Assembly (NCBI GenBank): GCA_963608705.1 | Contig: CAVDHB010000048.1 | Span: 3,664-67,663, forward strand | Reading direction: 5' to 3' | Source: Prevotella sp. P5-108 | GTDB taxonomy: Bacteria > Bacteroidota > Bacteroidia > Bacteroidales > Bacteroidaceae | DNA length: 64,000 nucleotides | Shown: positions 35,446-45,596 of the stretch, piece after piece | Position numbering within the stretch: the stretch's first letter is position 1 | Layout of the letters: each line of letters starts with the position of its first letter | Translations under genes and position numbers: made by a program | The notes under the pieces: generated by a model | What the model was told of the DNA's origin: nothing | The model's database searches: none | What the model saw: the letters and a program-made list of their open reading frames with translations, nothing else

Positions 35446-37653
35446 ATGAAAAATATCCAGCTCTTTGATTACCAGCTGGACATGAAATCACGAATTGAGA
35501 AGGAGTTCATGTCTCATCAGTCCGTGATGGCGCAGATGCCTACAGGTACGGGTAAGACACACCTGCTGGCCGCTGTGGTGAAGAGTGGGGGACAGAGAGT
35601 CTGGATTGTCGCCCACCGAAGGGAGCTTGTTGGGCAGATTGAGGAAACGTTGTCTCGTTATGGCATTTCTTCTTCGGATAAGCGTGTCAAGGCTCTGTCC
35701 GTGCAATGGCTGTCGAGACATTATGATGAGATTGAGGATGAGCCGGGACTGATAGTGATTGACGAGGCACATCATGCATTGGCTAAGACCTATAAGGAGA
35801 TGTGGGAGCGATTTCCGAAAGCGAAGTTCTTAGGATTGACAGCCACGCCTTGTCGACTGAGCGGGAAAGGGTTTACGGACTTGTTTGACGTGTTGGTGCA
35901 ATCATGGGATATTCCTGAGTTTATCCGCAAGGGGCGATTGTCGGCCTACGACTTCGTTAGTATCAAAACAGATTCTGTGACACAACAACTGATTGACTCG
36001 TTGGAGAAACGTGGAGCTGACGGTGATTATCAAGCCAAGGAAATGGATGCGGTGCTGAACAAGCGGCCTTCTATCGAGAGGCTTTACAGGAGTTTCCGTG
36101 AGTTTGCTAAGGACAAGAAGGGCATCGTGTACGCTATTAATATTAGCCATGCACGGAGTATCGCCCAATATTATCAAGCGCAAGGTGTTAATGCCGTAGC
36201 TATTGACTCGAAGACTCCCGCCGAGGAGCGTAGACGGTTGATAGAGAGATTCAAGAAGACTTCCGCAAATGATATTCAGGTGTTGGTGAACGTGGACATT
36301 TTCTCGGAAGGGTTTGACTGCCCGGACGTGGAGTTCGTGCAGTTGGCAAGACCGACACTGTCGCTTGCCAAGTATTTGCAGATGGTGGGAAGAGGATTGC
36401 GTGTCGCCAAAGGGAAGAAGAGTTGCGTGATGATTGACAATGTGGGGTTGTACCGTGTGTTTGGACTGCCCTCACAAGTCTGGGACTGGAAGGCGATGTT
36501 TGAGGGTCGTTGGAAGAAGGGAAGGAATAAGGATATCAAGAGAGAGAACGAGTTCTTCCTGATGAATGTGAAAGAGGATATACAGCCAGTCGAGCTGGAC
36601 ACGGAGATGAGGCTGGTGGTGAGTCATGAGGAATTGCTGCAATCATTGAACTACAGCAAGTTCGTGGACAGTAAAGGCGATTTCGCCATTGTCAAGCTGA
36701 CGGACGGGAAAATGACCGTGGTGGACAGAACGGGGGCGCAAATCATCAAGCCGTGTCACTATAACGACATGAGACTGCTGGAGGGCGGTATCCTGTTCCA
36801 CAGGCCGAAGAGAAAGGCCGTGTGCTACGTTGACCTGTTGTCAAAAACGAAAATATATGAAGGTGGGAACACTGCGGACGTTCCCATGGTCGTGACGTTG
36901 AGAGGCTGGGAATTCATTAAATGCGGTGGCGTTTATATGTCCCGCACGAAAGAGGAGTTCTCCCTTTCATATCGTCCGTCCGAATACGATTTATTCAATT
37001 ACGGTTATTGCCTCGTTTATAATATGCACCGTACAACGCACAGCCATTGCCAGGTTTGGATTTATAAAGAAGGGGATGCGGGTATGTCTTTCGGAAATTA
37101 TAACAGTGAGGAGGTCTGCTTTCTGCGGAATGACCATGAGCATGTGTATTGGGTGTGCGCCACCCTGAATAGTGATAACATTGTGGTCATGGACAGCAAG
37201 GAGGACTATTATCTGGTGGACTCAAGTTTGAGGAAGACCTATATCGGCTGCAATTCTCCCAAAGACGAAAAGGAGGACATGGCTTTCGTGATGCCCAGGC
37301 TCGGCAGGAAATACCACAAGGTGTCTGTGTCGCAGAAAAAGGCTGCTGGAAAGAAGGACTTGATGATGTCGAGGGGGAAGTCAGAGCCTTGCCATGTGGA
37401 ACTGTATCAGGTCGGAAGGAAATGGGGGGTGAAGGTGAATGGCCGGGTGGTCGTGCCGCCCATCTATCGGAAGATAGACAAGCCGGTGGGTGCCTATTGT
37501 ACCTTTGAGAAAATTCCGAAGCATTGGGGCGTGATGACCTTGAAAGGCAAGGTACTTGTGGACCCTAAATATGAAAAGGTGGAAATTAAGGCGAATCATA
37601 CGGCCTTGGTTACCACGGTTACAGGAAAGACACAAGAGATACGGTTGAGGTGA
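35446..37653 (+). CDS. SF2 (DEAH) helicase fused to C-terminal WG-repeat region
   Basis: Motif I MPTGTGKTH, II VIDEAHH, III GLTATP, VI QMVGRGLR. The C-terminal half has KWGVKVNGRVVVPPIYRKID and HWGVMTLKGKVLVDPKYEKVE (WG-containing repeats). Confidence 0.85.
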   Translation: MKNIQLFDYQLDMKSRIEKEFMSHQSVMAQMPTGTGKTHLLAAVVKSGGQRVWIVAHRRELVGQIEETLSRYGISSSDKRVKALSVQWLSRHYDEIEDEPGLIVIDEAHHALAKTYKEMWERFPKAKFLGLTATPCRLSGKGFTDLFDVLVQSWDIPEFIRKGRLSAYDFVSIKTDSVTQQLIDSLEKRGADGDYQAKEMDAVLNKRPSIERLYRSFREFAKDKKGIVYAINISHARSIAQYYQAQGVNAVAIDSKTPAEERRRLIERFKKTSANDIQVLVNVDIFSEGFDCPDVEFVQLARPTLSLAKYLQMVGRGLRVAKGKKSCVMIDNVGLYRVFGLPSQVWDWKAMFEGRWKKGRNKDIKRENEFFLMNVKEDIQPVELDTEMRLVVSHEELLQSLNYSKFVDSKGDFAIVKLTDGKMTVVDRTGAQIIKPCHYNDMRLLEGGILFHRPKRKAVCYVDLLSKTKIYEGGNTADVPMVVTLRGWEFIKCGGVYMSRTKEEFSLSYRPSEYDLFNYGYCLVYNMHRTTHSHCQVWIYKEGDAGMSFGNYNSEEVCFLRNDHEHVYWVCATLNSDNIVVMDSKEDYYLVDSSLRKTYIGCNSPKDEKEDMAFVMPRLGRKYHKVSVSQKKAAGKKDLMMSRGKSEPCHVELYQVGRKWGVKVNGRVVVPPIYRKIDKPVGAYCTFEKIPKHWGVMTLKGKVLVDPKYEKVEIKANHTALVTTVTGKTQEIRLR

Positions 37654-37699
37654 TTTTTACTCCTCCCGAAACAAGGAGTTTTATGACATTAATTATTTT

Positions 37700-37735
37700 A
37701 GGCAGTAACGGAATCTTCGGAGAACGTTACTGCCT
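37700..37735. terminator. Bidirectional terminator between convergent helicase and GYF-domain genes
   Basis: Perfect 11-bp stem AGGCAGTAACG / CGTTACTGCCT flanked by TTTT and AAAA runs. Confidence 0.75.
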
Positions 37736-37838
37736 AAAATTGTTTTGCGGACTTTGTTTGATGCAAGCACTCGGTGTCGCAATTCAAATTCCTCTAACTA
37801 TCAGACTGATGTCTCAAATCCAGCACGTAAATATATAT

Positions 37839-38354
37839 TTAGAAATGAGTGCCTTCACTTAGTACAAGGCGGTAAACCAGCCACACGAGCCAGCTCATGA
37901 TGGTCAGTATTCCTCCGATAAGTCCGATGCTGATGCTCCATACCACCCACTTGCGGGCTAAGACGGCCTTTTGTACAGCCTTTTCCCACTGGTTCTCTCG
38001 TATGGACTTTTCCGCATGTACTGCCTTGATGAGTCCTGTGATGGCAAGGGGAGTGGCTATCAGGCAGAAGGGGAATATGAAAGGAAGCGTGGAGGCCAAG
38101 GCTCCGTTAATAATCGTGGAGAATACAGCCTCTTTCTGCCAGGAACGCAGGGATGAGGCTGACTTGAATCTGTGAATGTTCGGCGGTAGCGCATTGACCA
38201 CACTTTCTAATTCGGGTACTTCCTCTGCTCGTTTCCAGTCGTTGTATTCTTTTGTCCAGACTAACTCTGTCCTGGAGGATAGTTCCGTCTTTAGTTCTTC
38301 CAAAGAGAAAGGACCTTTTCGTTCCTCTTTTGCGTTCAATAAGAAGTATTCCAT
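37839..38354 (-). CDS. GYF_2 (DUF4339) domain membrane protein
   Basis: MEYFLLNAKEERKGPFSLEELKTELSSRTELVWTKEYNDWKRAEEVPEL followed by hydrophobic helices. Confidence 0.75.
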   Translation of the reverse strand: MEYFLLNAKEERKGPFSLEELKTELSSRTELVWTKEYNDWKRAEEVPELESVVNALPPNIHRFKSASSLRSWQKEAVFSTIINGALASTLPFIFPFCLIATPLAITGLIKAVHAEKSIRENQWEKAVQKAVLARKWVVWSISIGLIGGILTIMSWLVWLVYRLVLSEGTHF

Positions 38355-38367
38355 CTTTCGTAAAAGT

Positions 38368-39585
38368 TTAGAGCCAGCCTAACCGGTCTTTTTTCCATTC
38401 TTTAGCCAGTCCGCCTTGGCTTGTCTCTTTGTAGAGAGAGGGCAAATCGTGTCCCGTTTCTTTCATGACTTCCACCACATGGTCGAAAGATACCCGGTGT
38501 TGTCCGTCGGAATAGGCGGCGTAGATATTGGCGTCCAATGCTCTGGCGGCAGCATAGGCGTTGCGCTCGATACAAGGAATCTGTACCAGTCCGCACACAG
38601 GGTCACAGGTTAGTCCAAGGTGGTGTTCCAGTCCCATCTCCGCTGCATATTCGTTTTGTACGGGACTTCCTCCGAAAAGTTGGTTGGAGGCGGCAGCCGC
38701 CATGGCGCAGGCTACTCCCACTTCCGCTTGACATCCGGCTTCTGCGCCAGAGATAGAGGCGTTTTGCTTGACGATATTGCCAATCAGTCCCGCTGTGGCC
38801 AATGCGCGGCAGATACGCAAGTCGGAGAATTGGCGGCTCTGCTGGAGATAATACAAAACACCTGGTACCACTCCACACGCTCCGCAAGTGGGGGCTGTGA
38901 CAATGGTGCCACCAGAGGCGTTTTCTTCACTGACAGCCAGGGCGTAGGCAAAGACCAGTCCACGGCTTTGCAAGTTGGGCTTGTAGCCCATCGCCTTGAT
39001 ATAGTAGACGGCTGCTTTTCGTCTGAGGTGAAGCGGCCCTTCCAGTACGCCTTCGTTGTCGATGCCTCGTTTCACAGCCTCTTTCATGACTTGCCAGACT
39101 TGGTTGAGATAATCCCAGATGGAGGAGTCTTCGCATTCTTCCACATATTCCCACAGGGATTTCCCTGTGTCATCACACCATTTCAGAATTTCGGTCATAG
39201 AGTTCAGACCGTACACTTCAGCGGACTGGAGATGATCTCCTTGCTCTTCTTCCAAGGCACCCCCTCCCACGCTGTATACCGTCCAGTTTTCCATGCTGTG
39301 TCCGTCTTTGTCCAACGCCCTCAGAAGCATACCGTTGGGGTGGTAGGAGAGGGTGACTTCCGGATTCCATATAATGGTAGTCTTGTCTGCGCCTAATACT
39401 TCAAGGATGGCTTTGTCTGTCATGTGTCCTTTTCCGGTAGCCGCGAGACTTCCGTAGAGTGTCACTTCAAAGTGTGCGGCTTCTGGATGGCGTGCCAAGA
39501 ACAGTTTGGCGGCCCGGTTCGGTCCCATGGTGTGACTACTGGACGGCCCTTTGCCAATCCTGTATAGTTCCTTGATTGATTTCAT
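38368..39585 (-). CDS. sdaA: L-serine ammonia-lyase (Fe-S dependent, single chain)
   Basis: IGKGPSSSHTMGP N-terminus, TAPTCGACGVVPG, GAEAGCQAEVGVACAMAAA. Confidence 0.9.
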   Translation of the reverse strand: MKSIKELYRIGKGPSSSHTMGPNRAAKLFLARHPEAAHFEVTLYGSLAATGKGHMTDKAILEVLGADKTTIIWNPEVTLSYHPNGMLLRALDKDGHSMENWTVYSVGGGALEEEQGDHLQSAEVYGLNSMTEILKWCDDTGKSLWEYVEECEDSSIWDYLNQVWQVMKEAVKRGIDNEGVLEGPLHLRRKAAVYYIKAMGYKPNLQSRGLVFAYALAVSEENASGGTIVTAPTCGACGVVPGVLYYLQQSRQFSDLRICRALATAGLIGNIVKQNASISGAEAGCQAEVGVACAMAAAASNQLFGGSPVQNEYAAEMGLEHHLGLTCDPVCGLVQIPCIERNAYAAARALDANIYAAYSDGQHRVSFDHVVEVMKETGHDLPSLYKETSQGGLAKEWKKDRLGWL

Positions 39586-39661
39586 GTTGCGTTATCTTAA
39601 AACAGATGAGGATAACCCTCCCTCATTTCTGATGCAAACGTACGGAATTTTTCTGTAATAA

Positions 39662-40600
39662 TTACGCTTCTTTCTGTCTTTTTTTATAGGCATCTATTTG
39701 TGCCTTGCTTTTGCTTTGTGTCACACAGGCCACTCCGGCGAAGACTAATACCACGGCGATACCTTTTAAGGTATTGAACGTGCCGACTCCCAAGAGAATG
39801 GCAATGAGGGTGGCGACAAGGGGTTGTACGTAGTTGTAGATGGCTGTCACGGTGGGACGGAGGTTATGCTGTCCGATAGGAAGCAAGAGATAACTTACAA
39901 AGGTGCCGCCTAACACGATAAGAGCCGCATTGCCCCAGTCTGCAGAGGTGAAAGTCGGCAAATAACTGAATAATGCGGAAAGCGAGTGATAGGAGAAGGG
40001 CAGGATGCAGAGGGAGGCGTAAGTGAACATCCATTTCATAAGCGTGTAGGCGGAGTAACGCTTTATCAGGTCCTTGAACAGGACAAGGTAAAAGGCGAAA
40101 GAGGTTTGTGCCAAGAGGACACAGACATCCCCCAAGAGGCTGTTCTGGTTTCCTCCGCTTTCCTGTTGCCCGCTTTCTATCAGTAAGACAGCACCTGTAG
40201 CACCAACAATAATGCCCATGACCTTCAGACGGGTGATGGGTTCTTTCAGAATGATGGCCGCTATAATCATGGTGATGAGTGGCATACTCGTGGTGCAGAT
40301 GGAGGCGTCGATGGGAGAGGTGAGACTGAGGCTCAACGAATACATTCCTTGGTTGAAAATGATGCTGAGCAGAGAGGCGAAAAACAGCTTCAACATGTCT
40401 CCGTGTGGGACGTGTTCTTGCTTCACAAACGGGCTGAACAGCCAGAACAGCAGTGCGGCTCCGATGAACCGCATATCCATCAGCATGAGCGGAGTGACTA
40501 ATCCTCCGGCAAATAGCATTTTAGTGGCGGGACTCATGGCACCCCATAGAATCTCGGCAGAGCAAATGGCAAGATGACCTTGCGCTTCTTTTCGTTTCAT
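39662..40600 (-). CDS. EamA/DMT-family transporter
   Basis: Ten hydrophobic helices in two EamA-like halves. Confidence 0.8.
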   Translation of the reverse strand: MKRKEAQGHLAICSAEILWGAMSPATKMLFAGGLVTPLMLMDMRFIGAALLFWLFSPFVKQEHVPHGDMLKLFFASLLSIIFNQGMYSLSLSLTSPIDASICTTSMPLITMIIAAIILKEPITRLKVMGIIVGATGAVLLIESGQQESGGNQNSLLGDVCVLLAQTSFAFYLVLFKDLIKRYSAYTLMKWMFTYASLCILPFSYHSLSALFSYLPTFTSADWGNAALIVLGGTFVSYLLLPIGQHNLRPTVTAIYNYVQPLVATLIAILLGVGTFNTLKGIAVVLVFAGVACVTQSKSKAQIDAYKKRQKEA

Positions 40601-40616
40601 ATCTGTATATAAGCAT

Positions 40617-40650
40617 AAAAAAGGAGCAGTTGTTCAGACTGCACCTTTTT
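40617..40650 (-). terminator. Terminator hairpin after the GH57 gene
   Basis: AAAAGGAGCAGT / ACTGCACCTTTT, a 12-bp stem with one mismatch, flanked by A/T runs. Confidence 0.55.
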
Positions 40651-40674
40651 CATTCGTTGTATTATGTGATTAAT

Positions 40675-42105
40675 TCAGGCTTTCTTCTTGGCCGTGTTAC
40701 TTCCTTTTTCCTCTTTTCTCTCTTTACGTAAAGAGGTGAGTTGAGCGCGTGTTTCCGCTTTTTCTTTCTTCAGCTTGTCCACTTTCTCTTCAGTCTGTTT
40801 CAGTCTTTCGTCCGTCAGTGAGAGCTTTTCTTGCAGTTTGGTAATTTCCTGTTCTTTCACTTCCAGTTCCTCCCCTTGATTCTTGATGGTAGTGAGCAGT
40901 GAATTTAACTCCTCATTGTCTATGTCGCTGGGGTAGAGTGAATTTACACGTGTAATGAAATCATCGAGGATGTTCATGTAATTCGTGAACGCATCGTAAG
41001 GCGAGTCGTATATTCCTCTGTCGAGGGCGATGCCTGAGTTCTTGGTAGTCATGAACCGGAAGTTGTTGCTGGCCTGCAGGTAGTCCCAGTCCTGTTTGAT
41101 ACGGCGGTCTCCGCAAATACGGATTCTGTCTGCCACACTGTATAACTTCTGGAATGCCTCACGTTGCATACAGTTGCCCAGCCAGCAGCTCACGTCTCTT
41201 TCCTCGTCCGTCCACGACATAGGATAGTTTACATCCATGCCTCCCACAGGTTTCAGCTTCGAACAGATTTCCGAAGGAGTGGAGAAAGTGATACCCTTTT
41301 GTCTGGCACATTCAGGCAGAGCTTTCAAGAACTCCAGGATATTGGAAGAGAGTGGCTGGTAATAGCCCAGGGCCATCAGTTCCATGAAGATATTGATGAC
41401 TTGTTCTTCTTGTGGAAGCTCGTCTATCCAGCGGACATAGGTGTCAGCGAAGAGGGGATATTCACTCCAGTCGGAGTTGGAGAACCGCAGTCCGATATCA
41501 TCGGATAATTTATAGTCTCTAAGGAGCAGTTTCAAGTTCTTGTTCATGGCGCAGTGGTACAGGTAATGGGGGCTTTTCCAGCCTAATACCGCTTTCGCAC
41601 CTTCCGTCAGCATTCCCTTGAAACCCATATCGGCCACGATACTGCCGATTTCATCGGAGTAAATAAGAGAGGAGTTACGGAACACTTTTGGGGTCTGTCC
41701 GAACACTTCTTGTATCTTGCGTTTCATGCGGAGAGTCTCTTCCCGGAACGAGTCTTCGTTTATGAGGGAGGAGAGTCCGTGCGAGTAAGGTTCGCAGAGG
41801 AACTCCACACAGCCTGTGTCGTTCAGCTCTTTCAGCAGTGAAATGACTTGCGGGGCGTGCAGCTCCAGTTGTTCCAGTCCTACACCGGAAAGCGAGAGGG
41901 CTACTTTGAAATATCCCTTGCTGTCCTTCGCCATTTGTATCATGGTCTGCAAAGCGGGGACATAGGAACGTTCCGCTATGTCATTGATGAAACGTTCGTT
42001 TTCGTAGTCATCGTAATAATAATGGTCTTTGCCAATGTCAAAGAAGCGGTAGCGTCTCAGATGGATGGCTTGGTGTATCTCGAAATATAAACAGATAGTC
42101 TTCAT
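40675..42105 (-). CDS. Glycoside hydrolase family 57 alpha-amylase-like enzyme with Lys/Glu-rich coiled-coil tail
   Basis: MKTICLYFEIHQAIHLRRYRFFDIG GH57 N-terminus, in the conserved Bacteroides GH57-GT4-debrancher cluster. Confidence 0.85.
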   Translation of the reverse strand: MKTICLYFEIHQAIHLRRYRFFDIGKDHYYYDDYENERFINDIAERSYVPALQTMIQMAKDSKGYFKVALSLSGVGLEQLELHAPQVISLLKELNDTGCVEFLCEPYSHGLSSLINEDSFREETLRMKRKIQEVFGQTPKVFRNSSLIYSDEIGSIVADMGFKGMLTEGAKAVLGWKSPHYLYHCAMNKNLKLLLRDYKLSDDIGLRFSNSDWSEYPLFADTYVRWIDELPQEEQVINIFMELMALGYYQPLSSNILEFLKALPECARQKGITFSTPSEICSKLKPVGGMDVNYPMSWTDEERDVSCWLGNCMQREAFQKLYSVADRIRICGDRRIKQDWDYLQASNNFRFMTTKNSGIALDRGIYDSPYDAFTNYMNILDDFITRVNSLYPSDIDNEELNSLLTTIKNQGEELEVKEQEITKLQEKLSLTDERLKQTEEKVDKLKKEKAETRAQLTSLRKERKEEKGSNTAKKKA

Positions 42106-42131
42106 ATTATAGTGTGTTTAGTGGTGTGACT

Positions 42132-43397
42132 TTAATATCTATGGAGGGTTCGTTGGTATAACTCATATATCCAGGCTCCCACCTTTTCCCAGGTAATCTG
42201 GTCTACCTCGGCTTTTCCTTCTTTGCTCAGATATTCATGCAGTGCCGGGTTGGTGCAAATGGAGAACATGGCGTCGGCCATGGCGTAAGTGTCCCAGTAG
42301 TCGGTCTTGATACATTTTGTCAGAATCTCCGCACAGCCCGACTGTTTAGAAATGATAGACGGCACACCGCACTGCATAGCCTCCAATGGGGAGATGCCGA
42401 AAGGCTCGGACACAGACGGCATGACATACACGTCGCTCATCTTCAGGCAACGGTACACATCCATGCCTCGCATGAATCCTGGAAAGTGGAAACGGTCGGC
42501 TATGCCGTGGTTAGCCACGAGGTTAATCATATCCACCATCATGTCTCCGCTTCCAGCCATGCAGAAACGGATGTTTTTGGTTCTTCTGAGTACCATGGCG
42601 GCAGATTCCACGAAGCATTCGGGACCTTTCTGCATGGTGATACGTCCCAAGAAGGTGACAACCTTCATCTTCGGGTCTTTCTTTATTTCCAAGTCTTGTA
42701 TCTCTTTCCGTAATGGCATCACGGCGTTATGCACGGTGAAGACCTTTTCCGGGTTTTGTCCGTATTTCTCTATCACAGTGCGGCGTGTCATGTCGCTCAC
42801 ACACATGATGCAGTCGGCGTGGTCCATGCCGTCTCTTTCGATTCCGTAGACAGTGGGGTTCGGATTACCACGGCTACGGTCGAATTCCGTGGCGTGTACA
42901 TGGATGCAAAGAGGTTTTCCTGACACTTGCTTTGCGTGGATGCCTGCGGGATAGGTAAGCCAGTCGTGTGCGTGGATGATGTCGAAAGTCTGTTGACGAG
43001 CTACGACACCGGCTACGATGGAGTAATTGTTTATCTCCTCGTAAAGGTTGGAAGGATAACGTCCGGAGAACTCTATACAACCCAAGTCGTCCGTGTTCAT
43101 ATAACTGAAATCCGCGTAAATCTTGTTGCGGAGGTCATAATAGAGCTGTGCGTCCATCTGTCCGCCAAGACGGCTGTCCACATAGTCTTTGTTCACGTCC
43201 CTCCACACCACCGGCACACGGTTCATGGGGATTATTTTAAGGAAGCTCTGATCCTCGTCACCCCAAGGCTTCGGCAGACAGAATGTGATTTCCATGCCGG
43301 GTTGTTTGGACAACCCTTCTGTCAGTCCGTAGCTTGCGGTACCCAGACCTCCTAAGATATGAGGTGGAAACTCCCACCCGAACATCAATACTTTCAT
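42132..43397 (-). CDS. GT4 glycosyltransferase (glycogen synthase-like)
   Basis: MKVLMFGWEFPPHILGGLGTA and PSVSEPFGISPLEAMQCGVPSI. Confidence 0.85.
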   Translation of the reverse strand: MKVLMFGWEFPPHILGGLGTASYGLTEGLSKQPGMEITFCLPKPWGDEDQSFLKIIPMNRVPVVWRDVNKDYVDSRLGGQMDAQLYYDLRNKIYADFSYMNTDDLGCIEFSGRYPSNLYEEINNYSIVAGVVARQQTFDIIHAHDWLTYPAGIHAKQVSGKPLCIHVHATEFDRSRGNPNPTVYGIERDGMDHADCIMCVSDMTRRTVIEKYGQNPEKVFTVHNAVMPLRKEIQDLEIKKDPKMKVVTFLGRITMQKGPECFVESAAMVLRRTKNIRFCMAGSGDMMVDMINLVANHGIADRFHFPGFMRGMDVYRCLKMSDVYVMPSVSEPFGISPLEAMQCGVPSIISKQSGCAEILTKCIKTDYWDTYAMADAMFSICTNPALHEYLSKEGKAEVDQITWEKVGAWIYELYQRTLHRY

Positions 43398-43404
43398 AGG
43401 TTGG

Positions 43405-45345
43405 TTACATATTATATTTGGTCAACAATTGTATGATTCGTAATATCTCGGCTACGCTCATGGCATAGGAGATGGCACCCTTGCCGTTGTAAGGCGGGTT
43501 TCCGTCGCACATTTCCGGTAAGGTGGAAAGACAGCGGGTGAACATCTCGTCTTCCAGTCCGATGAGTTGGCGTTCCACGAAGCTCACACCACTTCTCTTG
43601 TAAATGCGCAGGTACGCTTCCAGATAGAAGCCTTCCAGCCAGGGCCATGCGGTGCCGTTGTGGTATTCGAAAAGACGGTCTCTTTCCGAGCCTTCATACA
43701 TGGGACGGTAGCCGCCGCTTTTAGGACTAAGTGAACGGATGCCCTTGGGGGTCAGCAATTCCTTTGTGCAGATGTCAAGCACTCCCTTTCTTTCTGCTTG
43801 CTCTAACGGGGAATGGTCGAAAGCGATGGCGAACAACTGGTTGGGGCGCACGCTCCAGTCCATCATTGTGCCGTCTACATAGTCGAAGAGATAGCCGTAT
43901 TCATTAAGGAATGTCTTTCTGAAGGAGTCTTTGCACAACTCGGCTTGTTGCTGGATGGCTTTCGCCTTGTCTTCTTCCCCTTTCTCTGCCAAAATCTCGG
44001 CGCAAAATACCAGGGCATTGTACCATAAGGCGTTGAACTCAACTAAATAGCCTGTTCGTGGAATGACCGGATGACCATCCACCATGGAGTCCATCCAGCT
44101 GACGGGGGTCTCTTTTCCGTTAGTGTACACCAGTCCGTTCTCCATGACTTTCAAGTTCGGGTGTTTCCCTTTTAGAATGTAGGAAATGATTTTCTCCACT
44201 TTCTTGCTATAGAGTTCCATGCATTGAGTGTGGGACATGAACTTGTTGTATTGCTGCACTGTCCAGATAGCCCACAATGGCACGTCAGGCTTCTCCATCT
44301 CGGTGATTTTCACGCTTAACGGACGTGATTCCATGAAGTCGTCCAAGCCTTTGAAGAATGTCTGGAACATTTTTTCATAGACTTCTGTATTGTAAACAGA
44401 GGTGCAAAGTCCTGGAAGGGAAATAAGCATATCCCTTGCGCGGCATTTGAACCAGGGGAAGCCTGCCAGTATGTAGTAGTTGTTGTCTTCTATGTCGAAA
44501 AACTGGTGTGAAGTGTTCACCAGGCAATGATAGAAGGAATCCCGAGGCTTTCTTTTCTCCACGAGTGTTTCCATCATTTTCTTCAGCGTTCGGGTGGATA
44601 TTTCCGTGGTGCCTGCGGAGAAGACAATACTTTCTCCTTTTTTTATTTCACATTCGAAGTATCCTGGCACATAAAGATCCTCTGCGTAGTCATATCCTCT
44701 TGCCTGTTCTTTGGGATATTCTATCCCTTTATACCAATGCGCATCAGAGACGAAGGTGTTTTTCTTGTTCAGCTGCATGAACAGGTCTGGATAACCAGGG
44801 TATAGGCACATGCTTATGCCGTTGTCCACCACTTCGAACTTACCGTTCACGGAGTTGTTTTCGTAAGTCAGCGACTCTACATTGCGGAAAGCAAGGAAGG
44901 GACGGAAGCGTAGTGTGGTCTTGGAATGTGCGTCCAACAGGGTGTAGCGTATCAGTATACGTCCTTCCTGATGGCTGAAAGATGTCTCTTTCTTCAGTAT
45001 CACTCCACCGATTCGGTAAATAGTTGTTGGAACTTTGTCCCATGTGAACTCACGGATGTACTTGTGTCCGTTGGGACTGAAGTGCCCTCCGGCATATTTG
45101 TGGAGCCCTAAGTTGAATTCCGCTCCATGTTGGATGACAGTCTCGTCCAACGACGAAAGAAGCACGTGGTTCTTGTCGTCGATTTCGGGTACTGGTACTA
45201 CGAGTAGGCCGTGGTATTTACGAGTATTACAATCTACAATGGTCGAACTGGAGTATCCCCCCGAACAATTGGAGCGTAATACTTCCTTTTGCAAGGACTC
45301 TTGTAGATTTGTCATGATCAGTCTATCAAATCTAATATATGTCAT
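43405..45345 (-). CDS. Glycogen debranching enzyme (GDE N-terminal + amylo-alpha-1,6-glucosidase domains)
   Basis: NTRKYHGLLV N-terminal motif and EYHNGTAWPWL C-terminal motif. Confidence 0.85.
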   Translation of the reverse strand: MTYIRFDRLIMTNLQESLQKEVLRSNCSGGYSSSTIVDCNTRKYHGLLVVPVPEIDDKNHVLLSSLDETVIQHGAEFNLGLHKYAGGHFSPNGHKYIREFTWDKVPTTIYRIGGVILKKETSFSHQEGRILIRYTLLDAHSKTTLRFRPFLAFRNVESLTYENNSVNGKFEVVDNGISMCLYPGYPDLFMQLNKKNTFVSDAHWYKGIEYPKEQARGYDYAEDLYVPGYFECEIKKGESIVFSAGTTEISTRTLKKMMETLVEKRKPRDSFYHCLVNTSHQFFDIEDNNYYILAGFPWFKCRARDMLISLPGLCTSVYNTEVYEKMFQTFFKGLDDFMESRPLSVKITEMEKPDVPLWAIWTVQQYNKFMSHTQCMELYSKKVEKIISYILKGKHPNLKVMENGLVYTNGKETPVSWMDSMVDGHPVIPRTGYLVEFNALWYNALVFCAEILAEKGEEDKAKAIQQQAELCKDSFRKTFLNEYGYLFDYVDGTMMDWSVRPNQLFAIAFDHSPLEQAERKGVLDICTKELLTPKGIRSLSPKSGGYRPMYEGSERDRLFEYHNGTAWPWLEGFYLEAYLRIYKRSGVSFVERQLIGLEDEMFTRCLSTLPEMCDGNPPYNGKGAISYAMSVAEILRIIQLLTKYNM

Positions 45346-45596
45346 AGAACTAACAGTTGTTAAGGTTAGATATTTTATGTCTGTCTAATCGTGCTTCAAA
45401 GGTACTGAATTTAAGGATATAAATGCGATATTCTATATTAAAACTGTTTAATTCTGAATGCTTGGCTGGTATTTTAACGAGCTTTATCAGTCAAATGTGC
45501 TTCTCATAAGGGTAGAGAGGGAAGAAAGAGAAGTTAAAGTGCAAAATAACAAAAATGTTTCGTATCTTTGCAGCCATAGATACAAAGGGGATAATT

